A DNA stretch of 36,040 bases. Origin: Lewinellaceae bacterium. Its GTDB lineage: Bacteria > Bacteroidota > Bacteroidia > Chitinophagales > Saprospiraceae. Every line of letters starts with the position of its first letter. The first letter of the stretch is position 1. The stretch covers positions 1 to 36,040 of the forward strand of contig JAYSZC010000383.1 in assembly GCA_043738235.1 (NCBI GenBank), in the 5' to 3' direction. The notes under the pieces are model-generated. The model did no database searches. It was given only the letters and a program-made list of their open reading frames with translations, and was not told the origin of the DNA. Shown piece by piece: positions 8,574 through 17,722 of the stretch. A program made the position numbers and the translations under genes.

Positions 8574-11500
8574 TTACTCCCGTACGCCTTCAAATTGTCC
8601 CCCCATAATCGTCACTGTCAGACCAATTACCTTACCCGCTGCATTTCGGGTAAAGCGCACAGGCGCTTCTCCGCCCAGAAAAACATCTTTCTGCTCCGGA
8701 TCGGGTTCGAGCGTTTGGGTAGAAAAAAGCACTTTGGATACCAATACGCCTTTTTCATCCACTATTTCGATATGTTGGAAAGGCAAACCTTCCACTTTAT
8801 ACTTGCCTGTGTAGTCGCTGAAATTGACTTTGACTATTTTGACACCGCCGCCTGCCACAACGAATCGGTATTTCCCGGAGCCGACTTTCAGCACAACATG
8901 GCCGTTTTCCATGCCTGTTACCCGGATATCGGGAACTTCGGCGAGCGGTTTCCCATTTTCCGTAATATCTGCCGCAGCTAATGCGGGGATATAAACGGTT
9001 CCGGTGGTGTTGGCCGGAATTTCCACTTCCAGCGTCAGGTTTTTTTCGTCGCGTTGCCAGCGGCTGGCTGCCAGGCCGTACAAAGTTTGCTGGTCTGCCG
9101 CCGCCTGCGTAAATCCGCCGCCGGGCCGGGGTTGAATACGGATGGATTTATAACCCGGCGCATCGGCATCGAGGCCTGTCATCACGCGGTACATCCAGTC
9201 GCCGATGGCGCCGTAGGCATAGTGGTTGAAAGAATTCATGGATGCCTCCTGGAAAGTGCTGTCGGGCTTGATGCCGTCCCAGCGTTCCCAGATGGTGGTA
9301 GCGCCCATCGTAACGGGGTACAGCCAGGACGGGTAGGTTTTTTGATTTAACAGTTTGTAGGCCAGGTCGTTGTAGCCGAAACGGGTCAGGACATGGCAGA
9401 TGTAAGGCGTACCGAGAAAGCCCGTGGTGAGGTGATTGTTGTAACTTGAGATATTGTCCGCCAGGTTTTGGGCTGCCTTGGCGCGCTTGTTTTCCGGCAG
9501 CATATCAAATTGCAGGGCCAATACATAAGCCGTTTGAGTGGGCGAAGCAGGGCGTCCGTTGGGGGAAATGTACTCGTTCAGGTAAGCGGTTTTTATTTTT
9601 TTCAATAATTCGGAATAAGCCGCCACCTCGTCTTTTTTACCCAATACTTCCGCTGCATTGATTAAGAGTTGGGTGGAATGCGCGTAAAAACACTGCGCAA
9701 TCAGGTATTTGTCGGTAATGGCCGAGCGGCCGTCTCTGTCGTCGTTGATGCTGTAAAACAGCCAGTCGCCGAAGTGAAAACCCGTGTTCCAGAGGTCGTT
9801 TTTGCTTTTTGCGCGCATAAATTCGACCCAGGCTTTCATACTCGGGTACTGGTCTTCGAGGATGCGGCGGTCGCCGTAAGCGAGCCACATATTCCAGGGA
9901 ATGATGGTGGCCACGTCAGCCCAGCCGGTGGAGGCGCCCTGGGTTGGCCCCAGCACATTGGGTATGACCCAGGGTACCATGCCGTTGGGTTGCTGGTCGG
10001 CTGCTACATCTTTAAGCCATTTGGCAAAAAAGTTATGCACGTCGAAATTGTACGCAGCCGTGCGACTGAAGGCCTGCGCGTCGCCCGTCCAGCCCAGCCG
10101 TTCATCGCGTTGCGGGCAGTCGGTCGGCACATCGAGGAAGTTGCCGCGCTGGCCCCACTGGATGTTTTTTTGAAGTTGGTTGACCAATGGATCGGAAGTG
10201 CTGAAACTGCCCGTGGGTCTCATAGCGGAGTACAGCGCGACCGCCGTTATGTTTTCGGGTTTTAATTCGCCGGGGTAACCTGTAATTTTAGCGTAGCGGA
10301 AACCGTGGAAAGTGAAGTGCGGTTCGAAGGTTTCGTAGTCAGAATTGACAACTTTTGAAAAGTTGTCAATTCTTTCGCCGCGCAGTATCCAGTTATCGGT
10401 GCAGTGTGCAGCGCGCAAGTTATCGGTGTAAAAATTGCCCTGTTTGTCCAATACTTCGGCGAATAGCAGCACGACGCGGTCGCCGCTTTTCCCTTTCGCT
10501 TTCAATTCGACCCAACCGACGAGGTTTTGCCCGAAATCGGCCACTAATTCGCCTTTGGGCGTTCGGAAAATATTGACCGGCGTAAAGGTTTCGCGCTTGC
10601 GAATCGGTTCGTTGTAGGTGCCGATGAGATTGTCTTTGGGGATATCTTTCACCGCCGCAGCACTCCATTTCGAGTCGTTGAAACCATGCGAAGACCAGCC
10701 CTGCTGCTCCAGGCGAGCATCGTAGGTTTCGCCGTGGTAAATTTCCGAACTGCGGATGGGGCCGTCTGTGGAACATTTCCAGCCGGCATCGGTGCCGATG
10801 GTTTCCCGGCTCCCGTCGGCGTACAGGATGTCGAGTTGCAAAAGCAGCGCTACATCGGAGCCGTAAAACTCCTTGTCGTTGGCGAAACCGATGTAGCCGC
10901 GCCACCAGCCGCTGCCGAGTGTGGCCCCGATGGTGTTGGCGCCATTGGTGAGCAATTTTGTTACATCGTAGGCCTGGTACTGGATGCGTTTTTGATAGGC
11001 GGTCCAGCCGGGTGTGAGGTAGTCCTGACCGACGCGCTGACCATTGATCTGTGCTTCATACAAACCGTGCGCGGTGATATAGGCCGTTGCCGAAGCGATT
11101 TTTTTCTTAGTCGTAAATTCTTTGCGGAACATGAGACTTGGATGCGCAGGGTCTTCCGGCGCCGGAAGCCCTATCCACTGCGCTTTCCAGTCTGCAGCGC
11201 TCAGAAGTCCCATTTGCCAGGAGGCCGGCGCTGTCCAGTCGGATACATTTCCCGCGTTGTCCCAGACCCGCACGCGCCACCAGTAGCCGACGCCCGACTG
11301 CAATGCGGGGCCGCCGTATGGCACCCAGACCGAGGCATCGGACTGAATTTTGCCGGACTTCCAGAGTAGTTTTTTTCCTGCTGAAAGTTCAGCCTGGCTG
11401 GCGGCTACCTGGATTTCATACGCGGTTTGCAGCACGTTGCGGCGCTCGGCGGCGAGTTGCCAGCTGAAGCGCGGCTGCGTCACGTCGAGGCCGATCGGGT

Positions 11501-11600
11501 TGTCGAGGTTTTCAATGCGCGGGTACAGGACGCGCACTTGCGCCTTTGCTGCGTGGCAGATAAGGATTAGGGCGATGATCAAGATTGATTTAAGATTCAT
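8574..11600 (-). CDS. alpha-L-rhamnosidase, glycoside hydrolase family 78, with an extra DUF3471-like C-terminal domain
   Basis: 1008-aa ORF with a signal peptide (MNLKSILIIALILICHAAKA-Q). GH78 signatures are FHGFRYAKI, DVPTDCPQRDERLGWTGDAQ and NSFNHYAYGAIGDW. Confidence 0.85.
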   Translation of the reverse strand: MNLKSILIIALILICHAAKAQVRVLYPRIENLDNPIGLDVTQPRFSWQLAAERRNVLQTAYEIQVAASQAELSAGKKLLWKSGKIQSDASVWVPYGGPALQSGVGYWWRVRVWDNAGNVSDWTAPASWQMGLLSAADWKAQWIGLPAPEDPAHPSLMFRKEFTTKKKIASATAYITAHGLYEAQINGQRVGQDYLTPGWTAYQKRIQYQAYDVTKLLTNGANTIGATLGSGWWRGYIGFANDKEFYGSDVALLLQLDILYADGSRETIGTDAGWKCSTDGPIRSSEIYHGETYDARLEQQGWSSHGFNDSKWSAAAVKDIPKDNLIGTYNEPIRKRETFTPVNIFRTPKGELVADFGQNLVGWVELKAKGKSGDRVVLLFAEVLDKQGNFYTDNLRAAHCTDNWILRGERIDNFSKVVNSDYETFEPHFTFHGFRYAKITGYPGELKPENITAVALYSAMRPTGSFSTSDPLVNQLQKNIQWGQRGNFLDVPTDCPQRDERLGWTGDAQAFSRTAAYNFDVHNFFAKWLKDVAADQQPNGMVPWVIPNVLGPTQGASTGWADVATIIPWNMWLAYGDRRILEDQYPSMKAWVEFMRAKSKNDLWNTGFHFGDWLFYSINDDRDGRSAITDKYLIAQCFYAHSTQLLINAAEVLGKKDEVAAYSELLKKIKTAYLNEYISPNGRPASPTQTAYVLALQFDMLPENKRAKAAQNLADNISSYNNHLTTGFLGTPYICHVLTRFGYNDLAYKLLNQKTYPSWLYPVTMGATTIWERWDGIKPDSTFQEASMNSFNHYAYGAIGDWMYRVMTGLDADAPGYKSIRIQPRPGGGFTQAAADQQTLYGLAASRWQRDEKNLTLEVEIPANTTGTVYIPALAAADITENGKPLAEVPDIRVTGMENGHVVLKVGSGKYRFVVAGGGVKIVKVNFSDYTGKYKVEGLPFQHIEIVDEKGVLVSKVLFSTQTLEPDPEQKDVFLGGEAPVRFTRNAAGKVIGLTVTIMGGQFEGVRE
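10341..10373. repeat. perfect 33-bp palindrome inside the GH78 coding sequence, exactly 11 in-frame codons
   Basis: agaattgacaactttt-g-aaaagttgtcaattct, 16/16 arm pairs. On the coding strand it encodes RIDNFSKVVNS (codons 410-420). It shares the core TTGACAACTT…AAGTTGTCAA with the intergenic hairpin at 3507-3538. Confidence 0.9.
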
Positions 11601-11660
11601 GTGTCGATTTTTTTATCATTGTGCAATTAAAACACGGAGATACGGACTAGCCACGAATTT

Positions 11661-14600
11661 TTATTTCTTTTCCAGAATTTTAACCGGTCCCATCAGCCCT
11701 GAAGGCAATAATGCTGCGTCGGCCTGGTAAAATGGCATGGTGGTGTAGCTTATTTTTTGGGTTATGCCGGGCTGCTGGTCGCCGATAAGCCTGTTTACCC
11801 AGAGGTTAGTGACTTTCACTTCGAGGGTATTTTGGCCCGGTTTCAGGGCGGCAAGGAGTTTAACCCTGAATGGTTTTTTCCAGACGGTACCCAGCGATTT
11901 TCCATTTAAAATCACTTCCGCGATGTTTTTTACCTCTCCGAGATCTATTTCAAAGCTTGCGCCTGTGGTTGTTTTGGGCGCCGTGAAGGTGGTGCTGTAC
12001 GTAGCGGTTCCTGAAAAATATTTGATGCCTGCATCCGGGTTTTCCGTCCAGGATTGTAATGCCAGGAAAGTGGCGGTTGCCGGTGCGCCGCGTTTTTCAG
12101 GAAAGGAGACGCTCCAGGGGCCGTCAATGCTCAGCAGTTGTGTTTCTTTTACTTTCGGCAATGTGAAAGCAAGTGCAGGCGCTTTGCCTTCAAAAACAAC
12201 AAAAAACGCTTCATGCGACTCCAGATGCAGGGGTATGATGGTCTGGCCGCCTTTGATCTGGTAGGATACTTTGCGCACTTCGCCTGTCTCCGGGTGCCAG
12301 ATTTTGGCTACTTTTCCGGAAACCCTGAACGTAGCCTCTATGTCCTGTGCCCGGTCATTCCGGTTATCGACCCAATAGATGTCCCGATCGACTGTTTTCC
12401 GGTGCACATAGAGTACTTCGGTATCGTTCGAGGGCTTGGTGTACGTGAAATCGGCATTAATTTTTAAGTCGGAAAGCACTTTGTCCAGGGCCTGATTGGA
12501 CCGCACATGAGCCTTTGGTTTTCCCCAAACTTCCGCAACGATGGCCTGAAATTCGGCCTGGTTGTCGCTCAGGCTGGGTGTTTTTTCCGGTACTACGCCC
12601 GTAACGGTTACGCCCGCTTTTACCAGATCCCGTATTTTTTTCAACACCGGCAGCGACATGGTTTTTGCGTTTTCGTCCAGTACCAGCACGGTGTACGTCA
12701 TGCCACTCGCAGTCGTCATTTTACCATTTTTGGCTGTAATTATACGCAGCAGGGCGTCGGCATTGACAAAATCGTAGTTGTAGCCTGTGGGAATCTCCGG
12801 CATTTTTTTGCCAAAAAGAGAGGTGATATTGTTGTCTTCTCCATAAAAATAGAGGATATCGGCTACAAATTTGCCTTGTTGCAGCATGAAACAACTGCGG
12901 GAAAGATAGGCTGTCCATGCGCTTGCCTGTTCCGCCCAGGTTTCGTGCCGGGTGAACCATTGCCCGAATGGGCCGAGGCCGAAACCCGGCTGTTTGTCGT
13001 CCAAAGGTTGATGCACTGAAGTGTGTATGACGAAGCGGTTCAAGCCGTTTGCCAATTCGAGGTCGGCAGAAGATTTCAGGTTTTCGGGGTGATAGGACCA
13101 TGCCAGGCCGCCCACTCCCAGGGCCGTAAGCGATTCGGCTGCCACCAGGTTTTGACCATAAATATGCGCCACGGACGCCGATTCCCGGATATCCGCCGTG
13201 TATTTGAGTTGACTGAACCCGTTCATGACAGAGGGTGTCCACAAGGCAGACATCGGAACAGCGGCTGTCCGTTTTACGTCCATACCATCGGCCATCAATG
13301 CCCGCCCATCTTCGTGCGATTCGGTGTAACGTTTCATACCGCGTTGTTTCAGCAACGTCGTCAATCCATCGTAATGGTATTCCACGATCATTTCCCCGAT
13401 TGTTTTGCGGTAATCCCAGAGGAAGTTTTCGCCGGCTTCAGCGCTTTTGACAATCCGTCCGGTCAAAACAGGCATCCAGGGCAAGAGGCTGTAACCCCGG
13501 CGTTTTTCAAATTCCTGCGGCATATTATTCGTCCAGTTTTGCACGCCGGCTTCCCAACTATCGGTGATGACATATTGAAGTCCGCCTTTGTCGCCCATCA
13601 GACCGCCTGTTGCGTCCTTGTATTTGTCGAGGTAGGTATTAAAATAGGCATTGATGGCCGTTGGGTTCAATTTATCCACCTCCAGGCCTGTCGCTTCGGG
13701 CGAAGCCGGGTGGTTTTGTTTGCCTGTCAGGGAATAGCCGAACCGGACAATATTCCAGTTTCCGGCGGGCACCGCCCAATTCAGCGTACCGTCTGCCTGG
13801 AGTTTACCGGTCAGATCAATCACCTCCTCAATGGCTTCTGTGGAAGCCGGCGTCGGATTCGTATAGGAATTATTGGAAATGGCATAACCTGCTTTTTCTT
13901 CAAATCTGTTGATGCGCATACCCGTGTGCAACACCACTTCTGCTACATCGGTACCCAGGGACGGCTTCGGGGCACTTGGAGGAAGCCCCGCGAACATGGC
14001 GCCGAGATCGGGCACCGGCGGCGGATTATTGAAGGTAATTCTGAAAAATTTGGCTGAAACAGCCGGGAATGCGATGGTTTGCTGCAATGTATTTCCGGCA
14101 GGGATAAAACATATTCTTTTGAAATGCACGCCATCATCGCTCGATTCAAGGCTGCGGTCTTCTTTCTTTTCTCCAAACAAACCAAAAGGCCCCCTGTCGC
14201 CGCCACCGACGACCGTAACGGCTTTTATGCTGACGGGCTGCGCAAAAGCATATTGAATCCACGCCAATCCTTTTTCCAAATCAGTGGGCAAAAGGCTGGT
14301 TTTTGACAGATTTCCGTCCGTCAATTGTGTCAGATCAAAACTGCCGCCGCTGGATGTAATGGCGGGTTTTAAATCGCTCAACAACAATTCTGTGTCGGGT
14401 AGTTTGTATGCGACCACCGAAATATCCCGGTAGTATTCGGGCAATTTGGATACATGACCCGTAAGCATATCACCGCCCAGGGGTATATCCCGAAAAACGC
14501 CTGTTGTAGCGGGTGGTTGAGGCAGCTTGCCGGAAAAGGTCTGACCGCCTTTCACAGGGGTTTCCGTCCAGACTATTTTTTTCATGCCATCGGCAGGCAT

Positions 14601-14975
14601 TACCCAGGGGCCGCCACTTTCACTCCAGCCGGGAGAGCCGGCAATAGCCATTTCGAGGCCCAGTTTTTTGGCTAATTCGGTCGTGAATTTGAAAGCGTCT
14701 TTCCATTCGGGGGTCATGTAATCCAGTTTTTTGGACACGACCTGTGGCGTACCGAGGTTGGCATCAAAATTCTGAAAACCGCCGATACCCACGCGCTTCA
14801 TCCATTCGAGGTCTTTCTGGATGCCTTCTTTGGTGATATTGCCGTTCATCCAGTGCCACCAGACGCGGGGTTGGGCGGCATTGGGCGGATTTTTGAAATT
14901 GGTCTGGAGGGTGGTCTGGCTCTGCAAGGAGGTGGCGAACCAGATAAACAAGGAAAAGATCAGTAAGTGGCGCAT
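11661..14975 (-). CDS. large secreted glycoside hydrolase, GH106-like alpha-L-rhamnosidase (family call tentative)
   Basis: 1104-aa ORF with a signal peptide. The N-terminal PRVWWHWMNGNITKEGIQKDLEWMKRVGIGGFQNFDA signature and the C-terminal galactose-binding-like jelly roll ending NLWVNRLIGD…SGLMGPVKI are as I recall for GH106-type enzymes. It sits between two GH78-type genes. Confidence 0.65.
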   Translation of the reverse strand: MRHLLIFSLFIWFATSLQSQTTLQTNFKNPPNAAQPRVWWHWMNGNITKEGIQKDLEWMKRVGIGGFQNFDANLGTPQVVSKKLDYMTPEWKDAFKFTTELAKKLGLEMAIAGSPGWSESGGPWVMPADGMKKIVWTETPVKGGQTFSGKLPQPPATTGVFRDIPLGGDMLTGHVSKLPEYYRDISVVAYKLPDTELLLSDLKPAITSSGGSFDLTQLTDGNLSKTSLLPTDLEKGLAWIQYAFAQPVSIKAVTVVGGGDRGPFGLFGEKKEDRSLESSDDGVHFKRICFIPAGNTLQQTIAFPAVSAKFFRITFNNPPPVPDLGAMFAGLPPSAPKPSLGTDVAEVVLHTGMRINRFEEKAGYAISNNSYTNPTPASTEAIEEVIDLTGKLQADGTLNWAVPAGNWNIVRFGYSLTGKQNHPASPEATGLEVDKLNPTAINAYFNTYLDKYKDATGGLMGDKGGLQYVITDSWEAGVQNWTNNMPQEFEKRRGYSLLPWMPVLTGRIVKSAEAGENFLWDYRKTIGEMIVEYHYDGLTTLLKQRGMKRYTESHEDGRALMADGMDVKRTAAVPMSALWTPSVMNGFSQLKYTADIRESASVAHIYGQNLVAAESLTALGVGGLAWSYHPENLKSSADLELANGLNRFVIHTSVHQPLDDKQPGFGLGPFGQWFTRHETWAEQASAWTAYLSRSCFMLQQGKFVADILYFYGEDNNITSLFGKKMPEIPTGYNYDFVNADALLRIITAKNGKMTTASGMTYTVLVLDENAKTMSLPVLKKIRDLVKAGVTVTGVVPEKTPSLSDNQAEFQAIVAEVWGKPKAHVRSNQALDKVLSDLKINADFTYTKPSNDTEVLYVHRKTVDRDIYWVDNRNDRAQDIEATFRVSGKVAKIWHPETGEVRKVSYQIKGGQTIIPLHLESHEAFFVVFEGKAPALAFTLPKVKETQLLSIDGPWSVSFPEKRGAPATATFLALQSWTENPDAGIKYFSGTATYSTTFTAPKTTTGASFEIDLGEVKNIAEVILNGKSLGTVWKKPFRVKLLAALKPGQNTLEVKVTNLWVNRLIGDQQPGITQKISYTTMPFYQADAALLPSGLMGPVKILEKK

Positions 14976-15168
14976 GATATTTTATTTTTGCTTCTTCAGA
15001 ATTTCAGTACGACATTTCACATTTGCAGCGCAAAGGGAAACGAAGTTCCTTATTTCTAAAGGCAAAGAGACAGTATATCTGCGTTTTATCCTTTATCCTA
15101 ATTGGGCAGTTCCATGTACTTTTTGGTATGATTTCTCACACTACCTCACATTTTATTCTATAGTGCCC

Positions 15169-15201
15169 AGACCTATAAGGTTTTTGAAACCTTATAGGTC
15201 T
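15169..15201 (-). terminator. 15-bp perfect-stem hairpin in the GH78-like / GH106-like intergenic region
   Basis: agacctataaggttt-ttg-aaaccttataggtct, read directly. It lies downstream of the 15343 stop on the minus strand. No U-tract follows. Confidence 0.45.
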
Positions 15202-15223
15202 CGTTCCACGGAAATTGAGCATC

Positions 15224-15319
15224 GAGGTGACATCTGCGAGGCACGAGCAGGTGTCATCTCAATGCGGAAATGTTGTGGTTTCGAGATGTCACTTGCTCGT
15301 ACCTCGCAAATGACACCTC
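15224..15319. repeat. long imperfect inverted repeat (37-nt arms, 32/37 complementary, 22-nt spacer) carrying four GGTGWCATCT-like boxes
   Basis: Arm 1 is gaggtgacatctgcgaggcacgagcaggtgtcatctc (15224-15260). Arm 2 is gagatgtcacttgctcgtacctcgcaaatgacacctc (15283-15319). I compared them base by base. Confidence 0.85.
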
Positions 15320-15342
15320 TTCACTGGCCATAGGTACTCGCA

Positions 15343-17712
15343 TTAAATGGTCCATTTATTCCCGCCCGCTTTCAGCACCATACGTTTGCCTTTCCAAACA
15401 AGGCTACCTGTTATTCCGGGAGGCAAGTCAATCCGGATGTTCCAGTGTCCATTTACAAGTTCATAACTGACTGGCAGCGCACCGTTTGGATGCGGGATAC
15501 TTCCGCTAATTTTTTTCAAATCGCTCAAATGCGGCTCAATTTTTACTTTTGAAAAACCGGGGCCGTCGCTGTCGATGCCCAGCACGGTTCTGAAAAACTC
15601 GATATTCGGGCTGGATCCCCAGGCATGGCAATCCGAGCGGGCAGCGTTGACGTCCGATTTTTCTGCCCAGGTGGTGAGGCCCATCGCCATATTTTCCCGC
15701 CAGATGTCGAGCCAGTTCAGGTAATCATTTCCGAAACCCGCTTTGATCAGGGCTTCGTGCAGGTAGTATTTGAAATAAATGGAGGCAGGCGCGAGGCTGG
15801 TGTCGGCGAGTAATTGTCCGGCCAGTTGCCTGGCTGCCGTGCCGTGCACCGTTCCCGTCAGGATAGCCAGCGTATTGGCGTGCTGGGAGTAAAAATCTTT
15901 TTCCGCGCGGTCGGCGTACAGCTTTCTGGCGGGGTTCCAGTACTTGTTTTGTATGGTCATTTTCAATCGCGCTGCATGGCCGTTATACAACGCCGCATAA
16001 TCCTTCATCCCCAGTTTGTTTTCCAGGTCGGCGGCCAACTGGTATGCCCAGAGCAATTGCAAATCCAGCAAAGCCGAGGTGCCGTCATCGCTCATGGGGC
16101 CTACACCCGAGACCCATCCTTTCACATCCACCCAGTCAGTGAACATCCAGTGCGGCACGTCCTTCAGGGAGCCGTCCGGCAGTTGGTAAGTCCTGAAATA
16201 TTCCATGACTTGCCGCATCCCGGGCAATTTGTTTTTCACAAAATCCAAGTCTTTGCCATACCTGCTGTAATCGTGCAACATACCCACGTACCACAGGGAA
16301 AAGGTCGGGATATATTGCGGCGTGTACGACGGATGCCGGCTGAGCGTCACACCTTCCGGTTGGCGCGATTGATCCATCTGGTTGAGCGCATTGCGCAAAA
16401 GCCGCTCGTCGCCGCTGTTGTAAATGGACACCAGGCCTTGAATACGCGTATCGCCGATGTACTGCAATTGCTCATAGTAGGGGCAGTCAAAATAGGTTTC
16501 AACGGCGCAAAGCCGCGCGGTACGCCAGCCGATTTCGAGCATTTGCCCCATTTCAGGGCGCTCCGATTCGAGGTTTGCATTGTACTGAAACGGATAACCG
16601 GTGAATATGCCATAGATGTCTTCCAGCACGAGCGGTTCCGTTTGCGTACGCACGGTTACTTGCACAAAACGGTACGTTCGGAAAGAAAGGGCGGTAAAAA
16701 CCTGCCCCGCAGAGCCGTCTGACAGGATACTGTCTTTGCGCCCGATCATCTGTTTGCCTGCGGTCTCGTTGCGGTCGCCTTTCGCCGGATATTTGGTAAA
16801 CAATGCTTCTGCATAAGTCAGGGAAATGGAAGCCCCTTTACCGCCGCTGAAAACGAGCGTCGTGTATGCATTGGTGAGATAAGTCTGATCCAGCAGGACA
16901 GTGGCTACGGTGTTGGCGGGAATGCGCAAATTTGTTTTTTCAGCAGGAAAAGAACCCGGAACCACGAGTCCTTCCGTGTGCAGCACTTTTCCGAATCTTT
17001 CGGGTTTCAACTCCATGGGCGGGATGGAGGAGGGCGTTAGCATCCAACCGCTGACCGTACCGTAGGGGCCTTTTACCGTTTTCGGTACACCGTGGAAAAT
17101 GATTTGCGCGTTTTTCCAGGCGGCATCCTGAAAATCAGTGTTTTGCCAGTTTTTGGGCTGTAATTCCATCCGGATGAGCTCGCCCGGGCCTGCCACATAG
17201 TACGTCTGCATCGACACTTGTATGGGGCTGTAACTGTTGTCGCGGATACATTTCCAACTGCTGTTGGTATTCGCTGCCGACTCGGCGGCGGTGGCGCCTT
17301 GCAGGATAAAACCAGTTTGCAGGGAAATTTGCGCCTCGGGTTTCCAGTCGCCTTCGTTCCAGACCTGGGCAGCCACGATATTTTTCCCGGCCTGCAAATA
17401 GGACGCTATGTCCACCGTTTCAAAATTCCAGTGATTCAGGTCGCCTCTGGCGGGGCCGAGCGATACTAATTGCCCGTTTACGAACAGTTTGTAACGGTTG
17501 TCGGCTGAAACATGGATCACAAAAGCAGCAGGTTTTGTGGAAAGTTCCAGCGTTTTTCGGAACAAATAGACGCCATAATCGTGGGCTGGCTCATCGGGAA
17601 CCCTTATCCAGGATGCCTCCCAATATTTTTGAAGCAAAGCGGGCGCTACGGTTTGCGCGTTTGCAACAACTGTTAGTAAAAGGCAGAAGGTAATGTTTAG
17701 CCACTTTTTCAT
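15343..17712 (-). CDS. GH78-related alpha-L-rhamnosidase-like six-hairpin glycosidase
   Basis: 789-aa ORF with a signal peptide (…VVANA-Q). It has an (alpha/alpha)6-type catalytic region with FDCPYYEQLQYIGDTRIQ, a variant of the GH78 DCPxR(D/E)ERLGWxGD block, and a CHAWGSSP motif. It starts 10 nt downstream of the preceding gene, which suggests an operon. Confidence 0.7.
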   Translation of the reverse strand: MKKWLNITFCLLLTVVANAQTVAPALLQKYWEASWIRVPDEPAHDYGVYLFRKTLELSTKPAAFVIHVSADNRYKLFVNGQLVSLGPARGDLNHWNFETVDIASYLQAGKNIVAAQVWNEGDWKPEAQISLQTGFILQGATAAESAANTNSSWKCIRDNSYSPIQVSMQTYYVAGPGELIRMELQPKNWQNTDFQDAAWKNAQIIFHGVPKTVKGPYGTVSGWMLTPSSIPPMELKPERFGKVLHTEGLVVPGSFPAEKTNLRIPANTVATVLLDQTYLTNAYTTLVFSGGKGASISLTYAEALFTKYPAKGDRNETAGKQMIGRKDSILSDGSAGQVFTALSFRTYRFVQVTVRTQTEPLVLEDIYGIFTGYPFQYNANLESERPEMGQMLEIGWRTARLCAVETYFDCPYYEQLQYIGDTRIQGLVSIYNSGDERLLRNALNQMDQSRQPEGVTLSRHPSYTPQYIPTFSLWYVGMLHDYSRYGKDLDFVKNKLPGMRQVMEYFRTYQLPDGSLKDVPHWMFTDWVDVKGWVSGVGPMSDDGTSALLDLQLLWAYQLAADLENKLGMKDYAALYNGHAARLKMTIQNKYWNPARKLYADRAEKDFYSQHANTLAILTGTVHGTAARQLAGQLLADTSLAPASIYFKYYLHEALIKAGFGNDYLNWLDIWRENMAMGLTTWAEKSDVNAARSDCHAWGSSPNIEFFRTVLGIDSDGPGFSKVKIEPHLSDLKKISGSIPHPNGALPVSYELVNGHWNIRIDLPPGITGSLVWKGKRMVLKAGGNKWTI

Positions 17713-17722
17713 CTCGATGTGT

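Noticed and set aside
13023-14057. A 344-aa plus-strand ORF inside the GH106-like gene. Similar cases are 15814-16722 inside the GH78-like gene, 2277-3191 antisense to the AAA+ ATPase, and 9669-10265 and 10686-11369 inside GH78.
   Set aside because: All are antisense to well-supported long ORFs. They lack start context and motifs and have a His/Arg/Gly-rich composition.
15270-15300. A GGTTTCGAG segment superficially like a tRNA T-arm.
   Set aside because: It is the spacer and arm of the long inverted repeat. No acceptor stem, anticodon arm or D-arm can be drawn.
14821-15333. A 170-aa plus-strand ORF spanning the GH106-like 5' end and the 367-nt intergenic gap.
   Set aside because: Its first third is antisense to the GH106-like signal peptide region. 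The remainder is translated from the hairpin and inverted-repeat DNA. It has no motifs and an implausible composition.
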